Origin: Pelomyxa schiedti
Lineage: Eukaryota > Protista > Evosea
Direction: 5' to 3'
NCBI GenBank assembly: GCA_020536535.1
Contig: JAHLWZ010000562.1
Span: forward strand, 33,551-97,550
DNA length: 64,000 nucleotides
Part shown: positions 52,085 to 63,480 of the stretch, piece by piece
Numbering within the stretch: position 1 is the first letter of the stretch
Layout of the letters: the number at the start of each line of letters is the position of its first letter
Translations under genes and position numbers: made by a program
Notes under the pieces: generated by a model
The model's database searches: none
Told to the model about the DNA's origin: nothing
Seen by the model: only the letters and a program-made list of their open reading frames with translations

Positions 52085-53572
52085 TTGTGGGCCCGAGACC
52101 AAGTTGGTGCGATCGCGGCTGCGTCGGCCTCTCGTGGCCGCGTCGCATCCCCGACGACTACCACGGTGCAGGCGCACGGCCACGCGATCGCGCAGCTGCT
52201 GTGGGCCTACGTCGTGGCGACGCAAGTGACCGTAATAGTCAACGTGGTTGGCAGGATGCAGAACAGCGACGACGACTACGACGGCGACGAAGACGACGAG
52301 GACGAGGACGAGGAGGACGAGCAACCGGCCCAGCAGGCGCACCCCCCCAGGGAAGACCCCGATAGCCGCCGGTCGATGTTCTTCAGGGTGTCTCCTCTCC
52401 TCCTCGGGGGCACAAGCGGCGTCGAGCTGAGGCCCTGGCGCCTCGAGTGGGTCAACGACACCCACGTGGCGCGGTTCAGCGACGACCTGCACCCGCGCCT
52501 GCTCCTCTACAATGCGCCGCCGCCGCCGCCGACGACGACGATGGCCGCCTCGGCCGCGGCCCCCGCCACCACCGCGATCAGCAGCCGCGGCGACAGGGGC
52601 AGGGGCAACGGCTGGGGGATGGGCAAGCCGGACGGCCGCGTGCAGGGGCCCAGGAGGAAGAGGCTGACCGCCGAGATCAGCGGGGTCGGGAGGTTCCACG
52701 TCCTGCAGTACGAAGTCAGCGAGGCGTGGATTGCAGAGTGCGGGTCCGGAAGTGCCGACGAGGACGGCTCGTTGTGGCTGCTGATTCAGCCATCCAATCC
52801 TCCTCCTCCTTCTTCTTCTGCTACTTCTACTACTACTACTGGTGGTGCTACAACACCTACTTCTTCTAATTCTTCTTATGTTGTTGTTGATGGAAACATG
52901 GAGCAGCTTGTGGTTGTTCGACTTCCATATGCAAAGAGAACTCATGGCGTACGCGGAGTGATGTTCAACAAGCCAGCACCAAATGAGGTAATCCTGTCTG
53001 TGAGTCCATGGGCACACAAGGGTACTGTGTTCTTTGTGTTAATTGACGCCGCCAAGACGCACGCAACAAAGAGTCTCACTGTGATTGGCTCCACGTGCTT
53101 CCAGATTGCTGACAATCAGCATATCAGCAAAGCAGTGCATGTACGCAGGAACACTGGCAGTGGATTTTTCGTTGCCGAGTGTGCAGTGCAGGATGATGAC
53201 CATTCTGAAGTGTGGCACATAGAGGAAACCACTGGAGAAAAGCGGGTTCTGGCCACCTCTGATGACCCACTGTCCTTGTCGTGGCTGGGCCAAACAAAGT
53301 TCATTGTATGCCATTCTGCACCAGGTGAACCTGCCTATGAAGTGTGGGATTGTTCAATCATACCGCCAAGGTCACTCTCATGCAACACAAGCTCAACAAG
53401 CTGCACAAGTGATATGACCTCTGTGCAAGAAACTGTGGCTGAATCATGCTGTGTTATACAACCCATCCAAGGCACACTTGCGATTCGTGATGCACTCACA
53501 AGCTTCACTGTTCTCACAGTCACATTCCCTCAGTGGAACTCCCTTTTTATTGATGCCACTTTTTCCTTCTGA
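52085..53572 (+). CDS. Lineage-expanded hypothetical protein (N-terminal ARDQ..RGRVASP motif, beta-rich C-terminus); start codon unresolved
   Basis: Intronless 495-codon ORF. ARDQVGAIAAAS..RVASP..AIAQLLWAYVV and FRVSPLLLG parallel the neighbour at 53713. No in-frame ATG upstream of the motif, so a 5' exon may be missing. Confidence 0.7.
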   Translation: MWARDQVGAIAAASASRGRVASPTTTTVQAHGHAIAQLLWAYVVATQVTVIVNVVGRMQNSDDDYDGDEDDEDEDEEDEQPAQQAHPPREDPDSRRSMFFRVSPLLLGGTSGVELRPWRLEWVNDTHVARFSDDLHPRLLLYNAPPPPPTTTMAASAAAPATTAISSRGDRGRGNGWGMGKPDGRVQGPRRKRLTAEISGVGRFHVLQYEVSEAWIAECGSGSADEDGSLWLLIQPSNPPPPSSSATSTTTTGGATTPTSSNSSYVVVDGNMEQLVVVRLPYAKRTHGVRGVMFNKPAPNEVILSVSPWAHKGTVFFVLIDAAKTHATKSLTVIGSTCFQIADNQHISKAVHVRRNTGSGFFVAECAVQDDDHSEVWHIEETTGEKRVLATSDDPLSLSWLGQTKFIVCHSAPGEPAYEVWDCSIIPPRSLSCNTSSTSCTSDMTSVQETVAESCCVIQPIQGTLAIRDALTSFTVLTVTFPQWNSLFIDATFSF

Positions 53573-53712
53573 AGTGACCTCAACAACTAATTGTTGTATT
53601 ACCCCATGATTCAGCCATAATCAACAGACCGGAACGCAACGTCGTGGGCCGCCCAATCAACTATCACCAGACCCGGCTGTGAAAAAAAAAAACATCTTCA
53701 CAGAACGCCATA

Positions 53713-54895
53713 ATGTTAGGGTGCGCCCGCGTGGACGGTGCAATCGACGCACGTGCGCAGTTCGTGGCTGTGGGCGCCGGGGTAATTGTGGGACGGTGCG
53801 GGGCGCACAGCGCGGCGCGGATGCTGAGCCCGCAGCTGGCGTCGGACCTGGGCCGGCAGTGGATCGTCTGCCGGGCCCGCAGCGGGTTGTTCAAGCTCAT
53901 ACAATCCACGTCTGTCGCGACATCCGAGTTCGTCGCCGGGTTCTCTGTGTCCCACACGCTGGGGCTCGTCGACCCCGTCGCCGAAGTGTGCCGAGGCGAC
54001 GTCGTCGCCTGGGTTCAGGGGAGTGGCGGCTGCTGCGGTGGGGGTGGGGCCAGGGCGGCGCGGGCGGATGCCGATTGTGGGAGGCGCAGCCCGTTCAAGC
54101 TCGCGGTGGTGAGGAAGTGGGTCAATGGGAGCCAGGCGAGGCTTGCGTTATGGGATGTGGAGAGGAACTCCGAGGTGAGGCTGGGCGCCCCCGACCAAAT
54201 TGTGGATGTTAACGACGTGGTTCTGTGCAACCGCAAATGGATGGTTGTTTTCACGTTCGGGCATATCGTAATCAGGAAAATGATGCCCATTGGCCTGCCA
54301 TCATCATCGTCAAAGCCCACCGCCAAGCCTCCCCACATCGCCATGATCGACAAGCCAAACTGGCTGTCGGGAATGATTCTATCTGATGAGGATTCCGTAG
54401 CTGTGATTCAGAAGAATACGTGGCAGTGGGATGACTTCTCCCTCCTCATTATCGACTTGCCCAAATCACACGCCACGGGTACCTTGTCCTGCGCGACCAG
54501 GCCGGTGAAAGGCCAGCAGCAACGGCTGTGGTGTTACGATGGGAAGCTCTACGTTTCCTACTTTCCGGATTCCACATGCCAGTGCATCGAATGCGTAACA
54601 ACAGGGCAAAGAATATCCGTCATCGAGCCAATTGGCACCCTCACCCACATAGGGGGTCCATTCTACACCCTCCCCAATGGTCTTGAGGACAGCTCATCAC
54701 TCTACAACATGAATCACCCTCCTGGCAAGGTACTGCGCGTCGTGGAGGGAACAAGCTCAAGGACAACAAAGTGGGTGAACCAGCTCAATTCAACAGACTG
54801 CTCCCCAGTCATTTGATGTTGCAGATGCAGTCTCTGGAATCCGTATCTTCACACTCCAAACAACAGCTGCCTGTGGCCTTTGCGGTGTTTTCTGA
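53713..54895 (+). CDS. Second member of the same family (ARAQF..RCGAHSAARMLSP; CNRKW); 2-nt frameshift near the C-terminus relative to its duplicate
   Basis: ORF 53713-54816. 'cagctcaattcaacag' at 54781 versus 'cagctcatgattcaacag' at 55801; the duplicate shows the in-frame end ..CGLCGVF*. Confidence 0.7.
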
Positions 54896-55335
54896 CAACA
54901 AGAAATAACTGGGAAATTTGCTCACCACAAACAAGGTACAACAACAATTTTTACATTTTGACCTTTAAATACAATCAGACTCCACAACAAAGCATGCCAA
55001 AGGGGTAAATGCGAGCACACCTGATGACACTGGCAACCATACTCAGTCTTCTGTCAAGGATCCTTTAAGGGGAAATGGTACAATGATAAATAAACTCTCA
55101 AGCATAACATCTTCACAAGGTGATGCCCGTGCTATCAGAGATAGCATTGTTCTTGACAACTGCAGACCAGATGCAGGTCTTGTGAAGCGCTGGGCTGAAT
55201 CCAGTTACCCCTTCCTGAAGGAAGTGTTGGATCTGGCTGCTAACCACGAGTTTGAGGGCAAAGCAAATTTCATTCAAGAGTTGTCCACAGTGCAAGCCAG
55301 TAGAGAGAGACAAGCAGAGATCAAGAAAAGGCAAG

Positions 55336-55435
55336 NNNNNNNNNNNNNNNNNNNNNNNNNNNNNNNNNNNNNNNNNNNNNNNNNNNNNNNNNNNNNNNNN
55401 NNNNNNNNNNNNNNNNNNNNNNNNNNNNNNNNNNN
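55336..55435. other. Assembly gap (100 N)
   Basis: Run of N. Confidence 1.
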
Positions 55436-55917
55436 ATACGTGGCAGTGGGATGACTTCTCCCTCCTCATTATCGACTTGCCCAAATCACACGCCACGGGT
55501 ACCTTGTCCTGCGCGACCAGGCCGGTGAAAGGCCAGCAGCAACGGCTGTGGTGTTATGATGGGAAGCTCTACGTTTCCTACTTTCCGGATTCCACATGCC
55601 AGTGCATCGAATGCGTAACAACAGGGCAAAGAATATCCGTCATCGAGCCAATTGGCGCCCTCACCCACATAGGGGGTCCATTCTACACCCTCCCCAATGG
55701 TCTTGAGGACAGCTCATCACTCTACAACATGAATCACCCTCCTGGCAAGGTACTGCGCGTCGTGCAGGGAACAAGCTCAAGGACAACAAAGTGGGTGAAC
55801 CAGCTCATGATTCAACAGACTGCTCCCCAGTCATTTGATGTTGCAGATGCAGTCTCTGGAATCCGTATCTTCACACTCCAAACAACAGCTGCCTGTGGCC
55901 TTTGTGGTGTTTTCTGA
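55436..55917 (+). repeat. Near-identical copy of 54416-54895 (3' end of the preceding gene) immediately after an N-gap
   Basis: Direct sequence identity apart from a few substitutions and a 2-nt indel. Sequences diverge right after the stop codon. Confidence 0.9.
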
Positions 55918-56698
55918 ACAAGGAAGTTCCTACTGTGTTGATTTGTTTGCACGAAAAGTCCCAACTTGTAGGTCTCGGTTGGTGTCCTGTGGCACTTGGA
56001 TCAAGGGTCTGAAGAGTGATGGGAGAGTAATGAATGGGAGAGTAATGAAGGGGAATCTGAGGGTGCCTCCCTCAGGAGTTCAGTGTCCAAAGACGAAGTT
56101 TGGAATTTCTCCTAGACTCAGAGATCCTAGTTGAACATTTCGCGGATTTGTTCAATTAGGCGAAAATTACCAAGCCAGAACGAATTCTCGTCAAAACCAG
56201 TTCGCCGCAGTTGCAAACGTGGGGAAATATCACCGGACTTATAAAGCGGGGGGATCTTGCACCCTCATTTTTTTCAAAAAAACAAGTAACCGGGAACAAC
56301 AAGGCAACCAACCAACCGGAGGAACGACACGACACGAACACGACACACGACGACACAGGACAAGGCGAACTCGAGGTACGTGGCGTGGCGTCTGGTTGTT
56401 TTTATGTTTGTAGATTGTGGTTGTTCACTGTGATGTTTTTTTTTTTTTTTTTTTCCCTTTTCCTTTTCCTTTTTTTTCTTTTTTTTTTTTCGTTTGTGTG
56501 TCGGTCTCGCTGACGACACATTTGCAGGAAAAGAGAGCAAATCACGACACGGTTGCGGCTGCGGGGGCGACGCTGGCGATGCATGCGATTGCACTGTTGC
56601 TGTGTCTCGTTGGGGGAGGAGCACGGCGGCGGAGGCGAGACGGCGCTTTTCGAGACAGCACCACATCAAGCAGATTGCAGTCGGAGAAGAGAGAGCAG

Positions 56699-56741
56699 CG
56701 TGGCGGTGGCGGTGGCGGTGGCGGTGGCGGCGGCGGCGGCG
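56699..56741. repeat. (GGTGGC)n/(GGC)n microsatellite
   Basis: Directly visible. Confidence 0.9.
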
Positions 56742-56949
56742 CTGTTTACTGTTTGCTTATCTTTGCAGTGGCTGTATGTATCCAGGTGACAAATATTTTA
56801 ATCTCTCTCTCTCTTTTTTTTTTTTTTTTTGTAGTTTACACATACAAACAATATGTATATAATAATTTCCACCGCTCGGTTTCTAATTATTATAATGGTA
56901 ATAAGAATGCGTAGCGTTTTTATGAACTGTCCTATAGAATAATCCCCCG

Positions 56950-57560
56950 TCTTTATCATCCTGTCTTCATCTTTGTGTTTTTTGCCTGACATCATCTTTA
57001 TGTCTTTGTTTATCCTCGTCTTGATGTCTTTTGACATCATCCCTTATGGCTTTATTTGCCCTCGTCTTGATGTCTTTGACATCATCCCTTCTGGCTTTAT
57101 TTGCCCTCGTCTTGATGTCTTTTGACATCATCCCTTATCTTTGTGTCTTGGTCTGTAATCATCTTTATGTCTTTTGCCTGACATCATCTTTATGTCTTGG
57201 TCTGTAATCGTCTTATGGCTTTATTTGCCCTCGTCTTGATGTCTTTGACATCATCCCTTATGGCTTCATTTGCCCTCGTCTTAGTGTCTTTTGCCTGACA
57301 TCGTCTTTGCTTGACATCATCTTTATGTCTTTGTCTGTCCTCGTCTTGATGTCTTTGACATCATCCCTTATGGCTTCATTTGCCCTCGTCTTGGTGTCTT
57401 TTGCCTGACATCACCTTTATGGCTTCATTTGCCCTCGTTTTGATGTCAAAGACATCATCTTTGCTTGACATCATCTTTATGTCTTTGTTTGTCCTCGTCT
57501 TGATGTCTTTGACATCATCTTTATTTCTTTATCTGTAATCTGTCATCTAACATCCAGTCT
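56950..57560. repeat. Degenerate ~45-bp minisatellite with an internal hairpin TGATGTC-TTT-GACATCA
   Basis: GACATCATCCC recurs at 57033, 57078 and 57124 (period 45-46). Unit is approximately GACATCATCCCTTATGGCTTTATTTGCCCTCGTCTTGATGTCTTT, with shuffled sub-blocks. Confidence 0.9.
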
Positions 57561-59047
57561 TTAACTGCCATATCATCCAATCCATCCTGCCGGATATCTG
57601 TCATCTTCATGATTTGGAGTTTATTTTGAAGGCAGTGTGCTGTAAAGGTACTACTAAAGAGGTTCGATTTAAGCCACTGACAAATTCCACACAGGAAAAC
57701 TCTGCTCTGAGAAATTGAGAAAAATCGGCACTTTTTTCAACAACCAAACGAAGGTACATTTGATTTTCCGATACCAAACGACCGACCAACCTCAATTACA
57801 GGGTGGTAAACCCTCGTTCCGCGGATGGAACTTTAACCTTGACTTTACACTTGACTTGGTGATCCAAAATGGGACACAGAACCTACCTACGGGTGCGTGG
57901 GCCTTTCTTGCGTTGTTTCTTTTCCTCAATCTCCGCACAGAGGCTCCAGGATACACGCATTTGAGCGCAAACACTTGATGCGCATAGTGACGCGATGTCG
58001 TTTGTGATGATGACCCCACCCGGGCTTACACATTCGCGATAAATAGGATGAAGGGGAAGGTTCTCGAGGTTGCTCGAGGTCGAGAGTGTGGACCCTCACC
58101 GCAGTGATGATGACTAACTATGTACGGCCCCTCACTACGGTTCCCAATCTCTCACTTCCACTTTAGATATTAGCAGCCCGGCACCCATCATCATCATCAT
58201 CAGTGTTGCTTTCTCTATGGATCCGTCCGAGAACAGTTTGGGATATCACAACACCACTCCTCAACCTCGCGAAGCAAATTTTCTCTGCCGCCACCACTAC
58301 CTTCAACACCCCCCACCATCACGCACCGTACCCACCCACCACTTGTGCAATCCCGCTGAGTGATGTCATCAATCAATCATCATCCCTCCACGCACCCACC
58401 CCCACTAAACGAGCACAAACACAATCCTCCTCCTGGTTGGGGAGGAACCTTTCGTCTCCTTCACGTGAAGCAAAAAAAAACAAAAAAACCCTTCAATTGA
58501 TGGCTCTTCGCGGAGTTCGTTGTTTCATTGTTTCTTCTCCCAAAGAAACAGAGGAGCGGAGCTCGAACGCCGGTAGTCGTGCTGCAGGCGGGCGCGACGA
58601 AAAAACAAATACCACGTCATCCCACAACAACACCCCTCATTCATTCCGCGTTGCAGCGAGCGCGGGTGGGGAGACTCCTCCCGCCTCGAACACGTGTTCA
58701 GATCAACGCGCCACTGGCCTGGCATCATCCTTCCTCCTTTTCCTTCCCTCTGTCAGTGACTCGGTATCACCTTCTGCCGGTGGGTGGTTTGCCGGGAAAG
58801 GAGGAGAGGGGTGGGTATCCCAGAGAGACTCCTGTCTGTTTAAAAATCCCTGACACTCACGAAGAATGCCATGCTATTATCACTCAGAAAACGAAATCAT
58901 TTTGTGTCGACACACAGAGGGATTCCTCGAGGAAGCTGACCTTTTGCACAAAATGATTGCGAAGAGCACAGCCACTGGTTGTTGTTGAATGCGATGCCAA
59001 CGTCAGGATTTTTTTTTTCATCCCTTAGGACTACCAAAGGGACCAGA

Positions 59048-59116
59048 ACCGCAGCCGCAGCCGCAACCGCAACCGCAACCGCAACCGCAGCCGCAACTGC
59101 AACTGCAACTGCAACC
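59048..59116. repeat. (GCARCY)n hexamer microsatellite; 59093-59213 is repeated at 59314-59434 across a gap
   Basis: Directly visible; identical flanks on either side of the N run. Confidence 0.9.
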
Positions 59117-59213
59117 ACACCCATAATCCATAATTACGGCCGCAGGGGGCACTGCTCCGAGGACGACGCCTCTGGATTCTGCGACGTGTCTCACGTGCAC
59201 TCGAGTACGCGGA

Positions 59214-59313
59214 NNNNNNNNNNNNNNNNNNNNNNNNNNNNNNNNNNNNNNNNNNNNNNNNNNNNNNNNNNNNNNNNNNNNNNNNNNNNNNNNNNNNNNN
59301 NNNNNNNNNNNNN
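59214..59313. other. Assembly gap (100 N)
   Basis: Run of N. Confidence 1.
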
Positions 59314-60574
59314 GCAACTGCAACTGCAACTGCAACCACACCCATAATCCATAATTACGGCCGCAGGGGGCACTGCTCCGAGGACGACGCCTCTGGATTC
59401 TGCGACGTGTCTCACGTGCACTCGAGTACGCGGACCCAGAGACTCGGCAGCCTCGTGTCATGGCGGGCCTCTCTGTGAGGATTGACTGCCGAAGGGAATC
59501 TCTGACGAAATACTTCGGCTTTTCTCACCCGTCACCTCTTTTGGATGGATTTGTTGCGCCGTTTCTTTTGGGAGTCAAGTCAAGATACAATCACTTCAAA
59601 TTATTATTTTGAACAACTCCCAAGCTCGTGCATTGAAGAAAGACCACTTGGGAATGGGGAGAACATAAGAGGTATTACTCTATGGGATAACCAGTATTAG
59701 CTCACAATTCAATGAAGTGAACGGCATGCTCCTGGAAGTACTTCTGCCATTTCCCCTTCTTCTTCTTATTTTTACAGGAAAAACAAACAGATGCGATACA
59801 CTTACAGGAAATCTCACTTCCTTGTCAAGTAAGCACTCGAGTTAATAGTCTTTTTCTTATTTTGATGTAGAAGAGATGCAGGAACTAAAATCTCCCTGAA
59901 ATTCTTTATTGATCCAAGAAAATGGAACTACAAGTTGATCAATTTTTCCTGTATTTCTCGGTTCTCATGGAGCTCTCTACTCAGAGATGGGAGGCTCTTT
60001 CTCTTTGCCTGGATTAAGGTCTGTTGTTTTTTCAAATTTAATTTCTCACGTATCAAGTTCTTTGAGTTTCTCAGCACTTGCGGATGAGGGCATTAGTTCC
60101 AAGGCTATATCTTCAAGAGCGGACTTTATTAGTGCAAAACACAAGGTGAAATCATGCAATCTCCGCATAAACATTAATCCAATTACTCAGAGTTAGTAAC
60201 TAAATATTGTCACAGTAGAAGCTTACCTAGCGGGGAACTTACCAAGCATTTCATTTAGAAAGTGTTGCACAGTGCCACTGGTATGTGACTTCCTTTTTTT
60301 TTTCCCCTTCGGCTCACATATATTATTCAGGTGGCGGACCTGCTGACAATATATCACCAAGGTACATTCCTTCTCCCTTTTTTCTTATCACCACTCAACA
60401 ACAACAGGACAATGGATGCCACTGACTAATGGAGTGCAATGTCAGGCTTTACCCGCCATTCACCCGCTTTACCTCGGCACCGACACCCCTCGCTCTTGCA
60501 TACCTACACTCCCGCTCCCTGGGCTCCTACACTCCACTCTGCCGCGTTCCCAACTTACACTCACTCCACCCAGC

Positions 60575-60915
60575 CTGCTGGCTGACTGGGAAGTTGGGCA
60601 GGTCCCCTTGTCTTTCCTCTTTCTTCCTCTCACGTTTTCCACAGACGTAAGCCGACACCTTTGGAAATTGTTCCTCACTGACTTGGAATTCGGTTTGTAC
60701 CCACTATAGCCTTCCCTGGTCCCAGTAACATGCCGGCAGATACCCGTAATGATGGAGAACAGCACTGATTCCAAGGCAGACTTCAGTCGGACCTGGCCCC
60801 TGTTACTTGCTGACTGGGATATTGGGTAGGTCCCCTTGTTTTGTCTTTCTCTTCCTCTCACGTTTTCCACAGACTGAATCCGAAACCTTTCCGAAATTGT
60901 TCCTCACTGACGTGG
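60575..60915 (+). repeat. Two diverged ~110-bp direct repeats, each containing an intron-like GT..pyrimidine..CACAG; probably a decayed repeat-protein gene
   Basis: gctgactggga..ggg(c/t)aggtccccttg..cttcctctcacgttttccacagac..aaattgttcctcactgac at ~60580 and ~60808. Confidence 0.65.
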
Positions 60916-61796
60916 GTTGGTATGTCCTTAACCATCATTGGCTCTGCTAACATTATGGCAGATAACCGGAATGATGGAGCACAGCTGAATAACACAGCAG
61001 GATCAAGGTGCCTTGTTGTTCCTCTTTCCAAATGCTGACTCCATTTTGCAGGTGTGGATGGGATGGCATACTGTGGCTGGACCTGGCCTCCCTGCCGCCC
61101 GCTTCCTCACTCCTACATCCTCCTGTGTGCTGCCAGTACCCACACCAGCATGCTGGCTCTGGTTGCACTCTCATTGTCTCCAGAAGCACTCTGCTGTTAC
61201 CCCCCACACCTTACACCCGCCTAAGGGACAAAGAAAGGAGAGTCAATTGATGGATTCGTGTACTCAGTGCTGTCGAGGATTTGTTGCATCCAATCTGGGG
61301 TAGTTTGGATTCCGTTTGATCGATGTTTGTGAATGGCTCTGTTGCGTCCGTCGCAGTGTTTGCGTTGCGCATGGCCGCTGCCATGTGACGGCGTTATGGA
61401 GAAAGGACTCTGACCCAACCCACAGAATACCAGAGACAAAACACAACACAAGACAACTTTTTCTGTTGCGCGGCCTGTATTTCCCTGGACCAATTTTACG
61501 GTACGAATGCCACATTGCGCGTCTTTTTTCCAAATCTCCTTGAGCCGTGCACTACGGTGACAGGTTCAGCACGCGGTGGGCACTTTGAACATGGAACGGA
61601 TCTATGGTGGGTGGCGAGTAAGGGACATCGATCCCGGTGTGTTGGGCAATGAGCTACTTGCGGAAACACACCCGTACTGCACTGCGATAGACGTGGAACA
61701 ATGCTTGTACGCCGCTGGTTTTAGGTAAACGCCTCAAATCACTCACTTTCTTTGGGTGAGCATTAACCCTTAATTATTACTGTCACATCTAGGGGA

Positions 61797-62375
61797 GTGG
61801 TCGCTTTCCCGACACAATGTCCCTATGACCGCGATGCGTCGTTACATAAACTTCGATTCAACACATGCGCTGAGGCAAAGTCAGCGTTGGCGAGCGACGA
61901 TTTCTTCATTAAGCAGAGCACATACTCTTGGCACCTCACACTCAAGCCGAAGCCTTGTGTGTGCGCCCTGCTTGCCGAAATGACACCCCCAGTGCCGCAA
62001 CACCATAAACAGCAACCGTCCCTGCAGCAAACCCATCGGCCCCCTCAGCAGGCCTCCCAGCAATCACATACACAGACTTTGCATCAAAACCTGCCATTTC
62101 AGCACGGCCAGCGCACCCAGAGTCCCCAAGTCCCCCTCCAGCCGGATGCACCTCGATTCAGATTCCAGCAGGGTGCATCCCAATCCCAATCCCAATCCCA
62201 GTTTCAGCAACCAGATTGGCAGCAGAATGGGCCTCAATTCCAACCCCAAGCGTGGACTCAACCGGGCCGCACTGCAGTTGTGTCAATCGAGGAAATACAG
62301 GACTGCACCGAGGATGACGATGCCAAAGAAGCAGCAACCACAGCAGCACCAATTGTAACCTTACCAGACGACTAG
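61797..62375 (+). CDS. Possible last exon of a hypothetical Gln-rich protein
   Basis: 192-codon ORF preceded by a plausible GT..AG intron (~61725-61792); Q-rich low complexity; no recognised domain. Confidence 0.3.
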   Translation: MVAFPTQCPYDRDASLHKLRFNTCAEAKSALASDDFFIKQSTYSWHLTLKPKPCVCALLAEMTPPVPQHHKQQPSLQQTHRPPQQASQQSHTQTLHQNLPFQHGQRTQSPQVPLQPDAPRFRFQQGASQSQSQSQFQQPDWQQNGPQFQPQAWTQPGRTAVVSIEEIQDCTEDDDAKEAATTAAPIVTLPDD

Positions 62376-62459
62376 CCAACACACCAGCAAACACTACCCT
62401 ACAATCATCCTGGTATTTAAAAAATTTAGCTACCCACTATGATCTAGTTGAAACGGGAG

Positions 62460-63480
62460 ATCTTACGACCCAGGGGAGTGAATGGTCCACAAGTACTAAG
62501 CATTCGAGAACCCAAACTGCAATCAAAAAGTCCTCGAGGACACCATCAAAATTGTTTTTTGCACCTCCTGTAGTAGCCTCCGGTTCTTGAGCCTTTCATC
62601 ATGTCAACCACTGCGTATCGTTACTGCCTTTGAACTTGACCTCGTAGAGCGTTCATTGTTTTTGAGTCGTTACCCAGCCGTACTTCCTCAACTTTCTGCT
62701 CCAGCACCCAAAAGTAATTCTGTGCTCCCTGATACAATATAGCAGCGACTCCAGAATCTTCGTAACTCTTCAACGTTTCTCCGGGATCTGGTTGTTAGTA
62801 GCCCATCTCGACTTAAAGGTGTGTCCAAGGAAATTCTTATCAAGATAGAATTGATTCAAAATTCGCACTTAGAAGGTTTCAACCTTTCTCGAGCTTCATA
62901 CAACACTCAAATACTTATTCCAGATGTTTCAGATGATCCTCAAATGTCTGTGAAAATATGATTTCACAGATTTGAGATACAACATGGTAAGCAAGTTGCC
63001 ATTGCTTTCCAGAAAATTTTTTGTGACATTCCTCTCTGGTAAGTAGGCACCACAGCATTCACTAAATCATCTCCAGGTGTCCTAAGGCTCAACTGAAAGC
63101 AATTTTTGGTATGTCTTCCTGTTTCATCTTTACTTGTCAGTAACCGAATGCATGTCGCTTTGACCAAAATCCGTTCTCTGGCTAGGAAGTGAATTGTACT
63201 TACTCATGACAGGGGGCATAGTATGTCCATCCTTGACAGTGATTGTGTTGAGGCGTCGATAGTCAACATAAAAGCGCATTGAACCGTCCTTCTTCACAAG
63301 AACGACAGGTGCCGTATGAACTATTACTGTATCTAGTCACGCACCCACATCAAGTAACTTTTTTGAGGTTCTTCCTTCCCTTTCTCACGTTTATCAGGCT
63401 TTACTGTGTGTCTTTCACAACACATTGAGGGGGTACATCATCAGATGCCAGCTTGATTTCGTGCTCACTTTTATTTCTCC
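62460..63480 (-). mobile_element. Degenerate Ty3/Gypsy LTR-retrotransposon pol (RT/RNase H) relic
   Basis: Minus-strand PVVLVKKDGSMRFYVDYRRLNTITVKDGHTMPPV (~63210-63310), upstream HEIKL..P, downstream FLGH-like remnant; many stops and frameshifts. Confidence 0.8.

Noticed and set aside
50619-53017. Long overlapping ORFs (50619-52064 +, 51008-51730 +, 51079-51801 -, 51992-53017 -)
   Set aside because: Stop-poor shadow frames of GC-rich real genes (Sel1 and the 52085 gene).
56950-57560. CRISPR-like array of palindromic repeats
   Set aside because: No unique spacers (the inter-palindrome sequence is itself repeated), no cas genes, and the context is eukaryotic.
59093-59434. Biological tandem duplication or LTR
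   Set aside because: Identical sequence abutting both sides of a 100-N gap next to a microsatellite; most likely a contig-overlap artefact.
60575-61040. BspA (LRR_5) or FG-GAP repeat gene suggested by 'F.NCSSLT' twice
   Set aside because: Only two short matches with stops and frameshifts; not enough to assign a family.
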